Below, piece by piece: positions 16,698 to 29,314 of a DNA stretch of 64,000 bases. A model generated the notes under the pieces. It worked only from the letters and a program-made list of their open reading frames with translations, had not been told where the DNA came from and did no database searches. The number at the start of each line of letters is the position of its first letter. The stretch's first letter is position 1. Source of the stretch: the human T2T-CHM13v2.0 reference genome, Homo sapiens; assembly GCF_009914755.1 (NCBI RefSeq), contig NC_060927.1; one strand, given 5' to 3'. The position numbers were made by a program, and so were the translations under genes.

Positions 16698-19600
16698 AAA
16701 TCTCTAAGGTCATTCTCTAAAACTTCAGAATTCAATGCTTTATTTTCATTTAATTGCAAATAAGTATATTGTTTGTTGAAAAACAGAACAAGTTAAAAAA
16801 AAAAAAAACCTGTAGCCATGATCAGACTTTCGATTATAAATTTATACAGAACACAGCAAGCCATTCAAATTTTGGTTCGTCTTTCTGAACAGTTTTGTAA
16901 ATTACCAAGACTCAGTTGTCGAAAGCTAGCTCATCATTTTGGGTGGCACGAGCCCAAGAGGAGAATAACTTAATTATGTTGAGTGATAGAATTAGCTTTC
17001 ACAAAGATTGAAACAGGCTAAAATTATAATTTAAAACCAATAAAATTTAATTTAATAGCATTCTATACTTGGCTCAAGAAAAATGTGAAAGTAAACTGAA
17101 TCATGGCTTAACAGTGTTGTTATGAGAAGGAAAACAAAATTTTTCCTGACTGCAAATTATCAGCAGTACAATACAGTTGCCCATCCCTCACCAAAAGTAA
17201 TTTGATACTTAATTTTATTAGCAAAAAATACAAAATATGAATGAGTCTTCTCTTTGCTTCTATACCACTTATACCTAGTACTACCTAGCATATTAAGTTC
17301 AGATCTGGCCACCACCCTTCCACAGCTATGTTGATAAACCATTCCAAATGTAGAGGAGAGTGATACTGATACTAGGACTTTGTAAAATCAGCAAGCCAGT
17401 CAGCTGGGAGGAGCAGTGAGGGTGGTCAGACAAAGACTAGTGAAGAATCTGGTATTTTTAAATGTGGAAAAGGTAATAAGGTGAGGCATAGAGGGGTGGT
17501 AGGTGGGAGGCAACTGTTGTGATTACGGCTGTTAAATATTTTATAAACCCATATTAAAAGGTATTAGGTTTTTCATATAATTTCCAAGTGTACCCACATA
17601 AACTTTACAAAGAAGTTACAAAAGACAGTCTTCATTACAGTTATGAGAAAAGCTTTGCTGTTTCTGTGTTAGAATGCAGTAAATTGCCTGTCACCAGATT
17701 GTAATGCAGGGTTGATATCTAAATCATGTTTGTAATTTCAGGTACATGGGCTTGTAACAGATACTCATGAACATTCACTAAATGAAGTTTTCAAGTAAAC
17801 CTGGGTGATCAACAACCAGGAAAGCCTGAAAGATGATTTGTTTAGGGTAGAGGTAGGACAGACTTTGGACTATATAGCTTTTAACACTACTTCCAGTCCT
17901 CAGATTCTATTGTTCGATGACACAAATTAAATCACAAAATCCTAAGATAACTCTAGATTTTTATTATTTGTAAATCAACATAAACCTAAATTCATCTTCT
18001 CCTAATAAAGTGTATATCTTTTTCTCACACATGTGATTGTTGTTTTAGTCAGGTTAAAATAAGCGGTCTTGCAAGCCTTGAAACTTCAGTGGCTTAACAT
18101 AGAAAACTTCATTTCTCTCTCGTATAAATCTGTTGTGGTCCTAGCAGCTATTAAGGACAACTTACTTCCAAATAGTGATTCAGAGATCCAGGCATCTCAA
18201 TACATATGCTTCAAGGTCTCTAAAACGGGCTCATAAATGTGTGGCTTTGCAAGTAATCCACATAACTTCCATTCATTGGCCACTGGCCAAAAGCAGTTCC
18301 ATAATCCCACCTAACTATTGGTAGGTAGGAAATCTGGGAAGCCCACGTATATTCAGCTAGCTATACATGTAACTGTCAACAAAAGTAAACCCTCAATGAA
18401 GATTAAGATTCAGGGCTACAAGCATCTGAGAGAGGACACTAATTAATTATGTAATACAGACAAGTACATGTTCTGTAATTCTTGTTCTGTCTTCATTTTA
18501 GAACTTAAAAAAATAATGTAACATTGGATTAAAAATTTGCAAGAAAATCTATTGGAGGATGAAACTGTCTAGAATACAGTGTAGATGATATTCTGTCCAA
18601 AAATAATAGATTAGAAAATTTAATGTCAAAACAAATGTCCCAAATTAGATGAAACCCCTCTAATCAATGGCAAGTTAGATGGCAAGTTAGATGTGTTTAT
18701 GTTCATTCTCCACATACCTACTTGAAATATAATTAATCATAACTCCTGAATCTCATTGCTCCCTCTTAATTCTTATTACTTTATGCACTTAAATTTGCTC
18801 TTTGGTACCTTTTAAATATCTCAGATTGGGCAATTCACTTACCAATTTTAAAAATAGCTCCTCTATATTGATTAAAAAATAGGACTTCACAAGAACCTCA
18901 AGAGAGGTTCTAAGTTCTATTTTTTCTGACATCATCACAGTTATAACTTTCCTAAATAATTCATATTTTGAACAGAGTCCTACAGGTCCATAATTCTGAA
19001 ATTATAAAGTTTTCATTCCATTATTTATCACATTTTTAAGACCAGACTGAATAGATGTTAAAATGACATTTGGTCAAAACCAAGAAAGGCCACACCCAAT
19101 GGGCAATCGAATCTGTAACTGGGGTAACAACACTAGTTCCAGAGTCAGTACATATCAAAGCTACACTTTCCTTGGCATTTGAAAATCCACTGTCTTCACA
19201 TATTTCTATTTTAGAACTATTTTCTAGTTTAAACTTAGAGGATAAGATATAGAATTTGTAGTCACTATATAAAATAACACTTTTTAAAGCACCTTTTAGA
19301 AAACTGCTTTAAGATGTATAAAAGTAAATTCAATTTGAAACACTTATTGAATGTTTAATACAAATACACACAGTAAGCATACACTAAGCAAATTACTCAT
19401 AAACTGAACCCTCCCTCTCTCAGTCCTTTGGCCCAGAATGCTGAGGATAACAGTGATAGCAGTTTCCTTTTATACTGTCTTAGTGCATCACTGTATCCAA
19501 CTTGAGGCCACCTACATATTCCTTTATTCAGGGACAAACTGTACAATATTTCACACATCTTTACTTCACACAACTACAGTACACATAGGTTTATTTTTTG

Positions 19601-19874
19601 GCTACCTCTTAAATTCAAAACACCTATTCCCCCTCAGGGATCATTTTGATTCAAATACAATAAAATTTCAGATATAAAACCAACTTCCAGTTAACACACA
19701 AATACCTACTATATGCCAGACTATATGCTAAAACTGAAAAGGTGGAATAAGACCCAGTCCTTGCCCTCAAGGAGCCCACGGCCTTATTGAGGAGAATGAA
19801 AGGTAAGTAACAATCCAGTATGCAAAGTGCTCTGAGAAGGAAAGCCTATCAGAGATACATTATAGGCAATTAAT

Positions 19875-20380
19875 CCTGTTTCAGTTATCCATTTTTGTGT
19901 AACAAACCATGTGGAAACTTAGTGACTCAATAAATTATCATCTTTTATAGTTCTGTATGGGTTTGCTTAGCTCAGCTGGGTGTTTCTTGGCTGAGGGGTC
20001 TCACATGTGGTTGCAGGCAGATGTTGACAGGAGCTATATTCATCTGAACTGGGATTTGTCTGGGACTGATGTCCAAATAATTCACTCATGTGGTAGAAGT
20101 TGATGCAGGAGCTTGGTTTCAGCTGTTGGCCACAGTGCTTGCACATGGCCTTGCCATGTGGCATGGGCACAGCATGGTACCTGGATTCTACAGAGAATGC
20201 CCTAACAGTAAATGTTCCAAGAGCTCAAAACCACAAAGCTTCTCATAACTCAATGTGGAAATTAGGCAGTCACTTCTACTGCATTCTATTGGTTACAAAG
20301 GACCCACCTGGGTTCACAATGGTATGAGTACTGGGAGGCATGGTTCATTGAGGACCATCTTTGTCGACTTGCTATCACAG
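19875..20380 (-). mobile_element. MLT1-family MaLR LTR remnant
   Basis: CAGTTATCCATTTTTGTGTAACAAACCA...CTTAGTGACT and GGGTCTCACATGTGGTTGCAGGCAGATG motifs. Confidence 0.65.
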
Positions 20381-21251
20381 GCACAAAATCGTTTCAAAAA
20401 CACATATTTTTAAAATTCCCTCTCCTCTTGGCTCATAGGTCAATGGGAAAGCTGTCTGAGACAATATGAAAATCAATGATGCCACTCTAGCATTAGCTGA
20501 AGATCCCCTTGATTTCATCCAGCAGCCAAGACACTAAGTGACCCAAAGGAAGAAAAGGGTGATCAGCGTGGCTGTGTGGTCAGTAAGTAAATGTGCAACA
20601 GCTGGAGTAAATTAGAACTAATTTAGTGCATAACTTCAGCAGGAATAAATTTTGTTAATCTTCAAAAAGTCAAAACAAGGATTGTAACTTTCACAGTATC
20701 TGAATCACCCAAATTTTACTACAAGACTCTTGTCCTCATTGTTGCACTTACCAGTTCCGTACTGATAATAAAGAAAAATTACTATTGACCTTTTCCTAAC
20801 AAAGAACAATTTTTAAAATTTTGTTTTTACAATAGGACCCTATGGAGCTGTTGTTTTAATATTATGTAAATTAAGTAATTTTATCTACTCTAAACAAATT
20901 GCTTTATCAGTTGTAGTCGAATCTGACTACTCTTATGCTTATTTTATTATTAATCCAAGTAAATATTCTCTATTGAACATAGATTAGCAGTTTACAAATT
21001 AGATAAAAACAGAAAACAAATCACTTCAACAGTATTAACTAGAAATATGCTAGCTACTCCTTATTTCAGAATAAGGTGTCACAATTCTTCCTTTTAAAAT
21101 GTTGTATTGTATCATACTTAAAAATATATAAATAATTCCTGAATAAAAGCATCCAATATTTATCATTTTATTAGTATTAGCCTTTGGGAAAAAATTTGAT
21201 AGCATGATTTTATAAAGCTCTTGCATTTGCTTTAAATTTAGCTAACTATTT

Positions 21252-21270
21252 TGACCACAAGGTGGAGCTG
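21252..21270 (+). promoter_or_regulatory. Candidate CTCF binding site TGACCACAAGGTGGAGCTG
   Basis: Close match to the CTCF core consensus (TGGCCACCAGGGGGCGCTA-type) in otherwise very AT-rich unique sequence. Confidence 0.55.
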
Positions 21271-21939
21271 TGATGTCACAATTTGGCAAGATTTGTAAGA
21301 TACAAAAACTATGTAAATACAGACGAAAATAATTTAATAAAATAGGATAATCTCATCTTGCAAATATGCACTATTTAAAATTAATCAATTCTCCAAACAT
21401 TAATTATCAGAAGAAAACTATCATTTAATTTGTCCAGTTCTCACTTAGCAGTTATTGAGCTTTATCATATATAAATTGTCTTCAGTAGATGCAGAATTAT
21501 TCTGTCATTTCACATCACGATCCCAGATTTAGTGACTTTAAACCAGTGTTAAAATGTCTTTCAAAATTATTTTGTAATTAATCACAGAATAATTCATTAA
21601 CCATTACAAAATGTAATGGTTACATTACATCCTTATTTTGTTATCCAATATTGACTAGAGGATCATCCATTATATCTTCTAAAATAATTCTTTCAGTTGA
21701 TTATTTGTGTTTTGTATTGTTAAACAGGCAGAAACTTCTAATTTTCAAAAGAGAGTATTCAGATTTTGAGTCAACCAAATTTCAGTGAAGATAGACTAGC
21801 ATGCTAAACTCATCGTCTCTTGAATTATTAAATAAACAAACATTACCACCACTTCAATAATATCTGTCAGGAATGAAACCACTTTTCCAAATGAATGTTT
21901 CCTGATCTATTTTAATATATTAAGAATAAAACAAAAATA

Positions 21940-22335
21940 TATCCATACATCTGTGGATGGACATTTAGGCTGTCTCCAAATCTTACCTATTGTGAACAGT
22001 GCTGCAACAAACACAGGAGTGCAGATATTGCTTCGGCACACTGATTTCTTTTTCTTCTGGGTATATATCAAGCACTGGAATTGCTGTATCATATGGCAGC
22101 TCCATTTTTAGTTTTTTTGAGGAACCTCCAAACTGTACTCCATAGTGGTTGTAATTAATTACATTCTCAACAGCAGTGGTCCCAATGTGGAGGGGTCCCT
22201 TTTCTCCACATCCTCTCAAGCATTTGTTATTGCCTGTCTTTTGAATATAAGACATTCTAATTAGGGTGAGATAATATCTCACTGTAGTTTTGATTGGCAT
22301 TTCTCTGATGAACAGTGATGTTGCGTACATTTTTA
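21940..22335 (-). mobile_element. L1 (L1MA/PB-like) ORF2-end fragment
   Basis: ORFs 21907..22092 and 21983..22330 translate to L1 ORF2 C-terminal remnants (AALFTI..W.QPKCPS). Confidence 0.8.
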
Positions 22336-23554
22336 AATGCTATTAGAAAGATTTAAGACTTATAAAGTTCACAAATCCCTAGCCTGTTTACTTACATTCC
22401 CAGTCTAATTTATTTTATCAAAATAATGTAATTATGCAATACTTCACATTTTTAAAGCATTTCTACATGTACAATTTTCTCTTCTCATTATTTCTTAGTG
22501 TACTTCTATTTTAATCCAAAACTCATTGCATTAAAAAGTTTTATACATTTCCCTATTTTTCTTCCCAATGGCTTTTTGTTAATAATTATTCTTAAATAAT
22601 GCTGTGGCTTGCTATTCTAAAAGACCACAAAACAAACAGTTCTGTTTGATACACTGCTTTCATGAAGTCTTGAAGACTTCAATATTCCGCAACAGTTAAC
22701 CTCTAGTCTAGTCAGAGGGAGTTATTTACACAGACTCAATTATGACTAAAAATTCTACTGGGCTCTTCTGAAACTTTAAGACATCTGTTGAATAACCATT
22801 CCAAATTCCAAATGAATGACAAGTTACCAGCATGTCATGTAAAATGGGCTTTAGGGCATAAAAAGCAAATAAATCAAGACATACGTATGTCAGACAGGAA
22901 AACAGAAGTGAGTACATAAAGAGATTCTGTGACGAGGATGGACCACTCAACTCATATGTTCATTGTTTTCCACATTTCTATTCCATAGAAGGATATTTGA
23001 CCTCTTAGTTAAGTTACCAATACAGATAAATTACTAGTGTTTTCAAAGATGAAGCAGAATGAAGATTAATGCACTGGATGACTACTGAAGTATCTATATT
23101 AAGGAAAATATTCATATTGATTCCTATGCGCATTAAGAATTAGAAAAAATTCTACCACGGTGAGCATTTAAAGCACCTTGGTAATGTATGTATACACATA
23201 CACACACATGCGCACACACACACGGTTACTATTGACATCCATATGCTTCCATTTATTCAAATTAGTTACGTGAATGTCTCCTTTTCCTTCTAGTCTTTTT
23301 TTCTTTAAACAATCAATATACAAATATATTTCTATAATATTTCAAAAACACAAGTGTAAAACGTAAAAGGCATAAATCCTATTTACTCCTCCGTGATCTC
23401 ATACCACTCTCCAGAGTTGTTCCTCTCTAGGAAATTTTCTGTAGGTTTATGCACACATATATAGTATTTTGTTTTTAACATAAATGGTATCATACTCTAA
23501 ATAGTGTGACTTTATCAGGTTCATCTGTCAGAGATATCTGATTGTTGCAGATAC

Positions 23555-23980
23555 ACAATAAGCCCTTGGACTACATGTGCTTAAACTACGCGGGCTCATG
23601 TGTATGCCGGTTTTTTCTGTCTCTGCCACCCCTGAGACACCCTTCCTCTTCCCCTTCCTTCTCAGCCTACTCAGCGCGAAGACAACAAGGATGAAAACCT
23701 TTATGATGATCCACTTCCACTTAATGAATAGTAAATATATTTTATCTTTCTTTATAATTTTTTAAATAACGTTTTCTCTAGCTTATTGTAACAATACAGT
23801 GTATAATGCATATAACATATAAAATAAATGTTCATCAGCTGTTTATGTTATCAGTGAGGCTTCCAGTCAACAGTAGGTTATTAGTTGATAAGTGTTGAGG
23901 GAGTCAAAAGGTACATGTGGATTTTCGACTGCATGGGGATCAGTGCCTCTAACGCCCATATTATTCAGGGGATAATTGTT
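23555..23980 (+). mobile_element. Tigger2a/MER28-like DNA transposon
   Basis: CAGCCTACTCA..GAAGAC..GGATGAAAACCTTTATGATGATCCACTTCCACTTAATGAATAG signature. Confidence 0.75.
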
Positions 23981-25004
23981 TATATATATGGGTGTGTGTG
24001 TGTATTTTTTTTAAAAAGCCTTTATTATATTGCATAAAATGAATGAATCAAACAATAGATGTACTTTCTGTATCTTCTGCTCTGTGTGTTTCAAGCTGTA
24101 TTTTTCTCCATCCTTCCAATTCTACTCGTTTTCCGTTTTTCAAATTTTTTAATCTACTTATGGGAATTTTTCTAATTTTCTCTCAGTAATTATGAATCAT
24201 CTTTTTAAAGCTACATTTTATATTATTTCATGGAATGTAGGATAAGAGGAAAGACAAAAAAACTGTGCTCAATAGACTACCTGGATCCCATTTCTGAAAA
24301 CATGGCATGAGACTGAAATAGTTATGCTAAGTAACCACCCATGGATACCAAAATGGAAAATAACTAGTACCTGGGAGATGTCTTTGAACTGTACCACAAG
24401 AGATATTAAGCTGGCTTGCACTGGTAGGAACGAACCGATCTGCTTTTATAACCAGAGTCTGTTCCGATGAGTTGGCATCTACATCATACCAGGTGTTACA
24501 TATTTTGAAAACCATTCCTGATGTACAGTAACATAATTCACAAATCATTACTAAAATGTCTCCTTATCCTAGTTGATGGATAGTAGAAATTTTCTTTGGG
24601 TATTAAGTGTCGCCAAAGAAGAGAACAGGAGTAGAACCAACTTCCTTATCTTTTTAAGTCCATCTCACAGTGACTATAATGTCTTCTTCATCAACATATC
24701 CTTGGTGCCTGGAACAGTGCCTGACCCATAATAGAGACCCAGAAAATATTAATAAACAAATAAACCTATATTGAATAACATTTGGCTTCTATTTTCTCAC
24801 TTGGAAAACGAGTTAGATCAAATCCCTAGTCATCCTAAAATTGAAGATTTTATAATTTCATTTATAATTCAATAGTTTCGTATATCATTAAATCTACTAA
24901 GCAAAATGAAAAATCAAAGGCTTCATTCTTTCAGACAATTCCATCATGTATTCACGTTGGAAGATAAACACCAATAATAGAACAACAAAACTTTCTAAAA
25001 TTAT

Positions 25005-25010
25005 TTTATT
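25005..25010 (-). terminator. Polyadenylation signal AATAAA of PLOD2
   Basis: Plus-strand TTTATT; on the minus strand it is followed about 15-30 nt later by GU/U-rich TTTTGTTGTTCT. Confidence 0.8.
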
Positions 25011-25356
25011 TTTTATAATTTTCTAACACATGGTGTTAGAAAATGAATTTTGGCACCGTGATTAAGAATTTCTTTTCAAGTTTAACCTTTACATTAAAAA
25101 CAGTAGCTACAATAAGGATATTTCAACCTTACTTAGAGAAGTGATAAAACATCAAGTCAACAAGTATTTTTGTTGGAGAATTTTTTTATAAGCGGGATAG
25201 AGGGAAGTTAACATAGACACTCAGAAGAATAAAATGGAAATTATGCCAGGAAGATAAAAAAGCAAATAACCCTCCCCCCAAAAAAAGAATAAGGAGCGAG
25301 ACAAAGGGCAAAACGGAAGAAGCAAGGCTCAACAACTTTGTTTTCCTGATATAAAA

Positions 25357-25364
25357 TTCAAGTA
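25357..25364 (-). promoter_or_regulatory. miR-26a/b 8mer target site (UACUUGAA) in the PLOD2 3' UTR
   Basis: Plus-strand TTCAAGTA gives a perfect complement of the miR-26 seed (UCAAGUA) plus A1 on the transcript; I recall PLOD2 as a reported miR-26 target. Confidence 0.7.
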
Positions 25365-26268
25365 CTTAAAAAGTTTTTTAAAAAATAATTAAATGCACTA
25401 CTCATCTCAATGAAATTTTTCGTTTTCCTATTTTCTAGAACTTTCTAAAAAAGGAAACAAAGCAAAAACAACAACAAAAAAAACCTGTTTGACTTAAGGA
25501 CACTTGCTGATCTTGACACTTGATAATACTTTAAGAAATGGAAAGGTTTTCCTAAATCTAATACCTGCTTAATATAATCCACTTTGGAAGATTCATCTGA
25601 AAGAAACATAGGGTTTGATTTTTAATACTAATATAAAATAATCTGCCTTCCAATCAAAACAAAAATGTTTTCAACTGTATACGCTCCTCGGTTGTGTTTT
25701 GTACCATTTTCTTGAGGAAAACGTTGTGTAATTCTTTGTGTGTTCCCTTAGTAACTACTGTAAATAAGACCTGCATAGGTGTTCAGAAAAATACTTAGTT
25801 GCATACAAATCCAGTTAGAATCTGATTTTCAAGGTTTTACAACATGGTAATTTTCATTTATATCCATTTTGTCTACATTTCCTCTATATTTTGATAAATA
25901 AAAATCTTCCCATGCTTTTTTTAAATAAGAAAATATTATTAGTCTTGTTATTTGTACCTAAATATTTTATCAATTTGAAACACAAATTCATAAATTGTCA
26001 TTATTCTCAGAGGCAACAAAGCATAGAAATAAATATTTAAGTTTTTTCTTTCTTTTCTTCTTCAATCTGTGTTTTAAGGCTCAGAGCAGACATTAAGAAA
26101 TATCAAACAATTTTTTATAAAAAGTTTTTCAAATGTTTGGCCCAAAGTGAAGTTGTTCTGTTGATGTTATTTAAATATTCCTCTCATCTTCTCAGCCACA
26201 ACTTCAAAGACGTGTTCATGCCAGTCATTCATCCAAAATAAATTTCAATTCAATGAAAAGTAAATAAC

Positions 26269-26424
<156 letters not shown>

Positions 26425-26482
26425 CTAAAAAAGTTAAAATGAAGAAATACATCAGATTATATTTAACCAGTGGCAAAATTCA

Positions 26483-26975
<493 letters not shown>

Positions 26976-28064
26976 CTAGAAACAACATTAATGACATAAT
27001 AAGCTGTACTCCACGTGCAATTCCCATTTATATTATAGTATTTTTTTTCAACCACAGATCATAATAGACAATAAAAATAACAGTTGTTCCAATGTGGTAT
27101 ATCATCTGCTTTAACTGTAAAATTATCAAAATAACTTAGGTAACAGCTTTGTCAATGATACAATGACGAAACAAAGTAATGTAAGGTCAGTAGACTCCTT
27201 TCCTACTTCTTAAATGTATATGTGAAGTTTAGCTATAAAGTAAATAAAATTGACTTCCTAAGCCCTCACATCCTTTCTTAAAAATGAGTCTTTTTTTACA
27301 GTGACCCTTTAGGCAGTCTCAGCTGCTTGATGAGCATACACTTGGCATATCTGCTGTCTGTATTACCAAACACTAAAAACAAGCTTTCCCCGCCCTTCTT
27401 CACTTCTATTTGTAACACTCAAAAGTTTTTGAATGATTGCTTTTCATTATTTCATCACCCACTGACTTAAGTTCTTCCTTATACTTTAAGCTTCCCTCTC
27501 CCTTATCAGCTCATTACCTGGGGGACATAACCGTGCAGAGGCAGTAATATTCCAGAGTATTCTGCTAAAATGGCATGTCTGTTCTCAGAGGGAAAGAAAC
27601 ACATCTAACCACTGGCAGTAGTATTTCCTGCCAAGTCTTTGACACTGAATGCAAATGCAAAACTGAATTACACCTAAGGCACTCAGATCCCTCCTTCCTA
27701 TCTTTACACACAAAAACAGTTTTCAGAGCCAGATAACATTTGCCTTAGAATTTTCACCACAGCTCACTGTGAAAACGCAAGGAATAAAAAGTGGCCTTGG
27801 AAAAGAGTGACATCACTCTGTAAAGACATGTGTTACCTAACAAACTCTGGCCTGAGGACATCGACCCTTAGGGAACATCCAGTGTAATTACATGCATAAA
27901 TGAGAAACCCGCCCAAACTAATGAAATTACTTAAGTGTTAAAAAAATTGGTTGGTGGGAGAAGTAGACTGAAATCAGAGCCTTGGCTAGCCAATTTATCT
28001 AAGTCTAGAACTCAGAGACATATGAGAAAAAGTATATAACCCCTCCGAATTCTCTGAGTATCTA

Positions 28065-28217
<153 letters not shown>

Positions 28218-28814
28218 CTATAAAATATGCATCATCGTTAGAAGACATAATAACTTCTGTGTCTTAATAGTCTAAAATAGTTAATTTAATATGTGTAAAA
28301 TAAAAAATCCTGTATGACTAGGAAACATAGTTTTCTGTCATGGTTTATTGACAGTATTTTTTTTCTCATGGTACATAAATAATGGTGCACCTCAGAATTG
28401 ATGACATCTTACATTCTCAAAAATTAGGTATTAACAATAGTTTTGAACACTAAGCTAAAAGAGAATTCATGTTTCAAAGATGTCTCTGAGAAAAGACTCT
28501 TCCAGAAAGACAGCCCAGTTTCTTCCAAAGATAAGCTTTCACTGCAAGAGTTCTACATCAGAGATCTGTCAACAGTTTCTATTTTTAGTGGTTTCAGAAA
28601 GCTATGACACATAGGAGCATGCTTTTTAAAAAGGCATGCTTTTAAAATGTTAATTTCTATGTTCTACATTTTACAACTGTATGTTCCTTAATGCTATTTA
28701 ATCAGTAATTGAATCAAATAAATTTTACCTAAAAGGTAGTTTCTCCACTTTCACATCTTCTGTGAAAGTAGTATTAATAATATTTCTTCTGGAAAATAAC
28801 AGCAAAATTTTCTA

Positions 28815-28904
<90 letters not shown>

Positions 28905-29180
28905 CTATAAAAAGAAGTACATATTAAAACAAATATCTTTATAAATACTTCACTGAAAAGTATAAAGCATATGCATTTTAGAAATTATTCAACTTATAAA
29001 TGATTATGTATAGTGGACAAAATAGTAATTTTCAGAAATCACAGTATATAGCCTAATCTTTGCCTGGTTCTGAATATGCTTATGTCATTCTATGAAATAC
29101 AAAATTTTTATTTATGAAATATTGTACCTCAGGATTTTAAAACTTAAGTAATCTTACAGTGAATAGATTTACACATTTTA

Positions 29181-29314
29181 CAGATGCTCCTTGACTCACG
29201 ATGGGGTTATGTCCCAATAAACCCGTGGGAGGTTAAAAACACACAGTACCCCGATAAATCCAACATAAAGCTGAAAATTCCTAAGTAAAGCCACCGTAAG
29301 TTGGGGACCATCAG
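29181..29314. mobile_element. Short MER47/Tigger5-like element (internally deleted)
   Basis: Imperfect TIRs CAGATGCTCCTTGACTCACGATGG / CCACCGTAAGTTGGGGACCATCAG flanked by TA. Confidence 0.7.

Larger units (their letters stand above)
21895..24740 (-). ncRNA. LNCSRLR: Probable lncRNA LNCSRLR immediately downstream of PLOD2 (exon structure not resolved)
   Basis: Mostly recalled locus annotation. Sequence support: minus-strand ATTAAA at 21911-21916 and donor-like sites at 24371|, 24281| and 22396|. Boundaries approximate. Confidence 0.4.
24990..26268 (-). other. PLOD2: PLOD2 3' UTR (about 1.28 kb, AU-rich)
   Basis: Lies between the stop codon and the AATAAA signal plus GU-rich downstream element; exact cleavage site estimated. 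Confidence 0.85.

Noticed and set aside
27012-27017. CACGTG E-box/HRE-like motif near exon 18 (PLOD2 is hypoxia-inducible)
   Set aside because: A single hexamer is expected by chance; no supporting cluster, and it is far from the promoter
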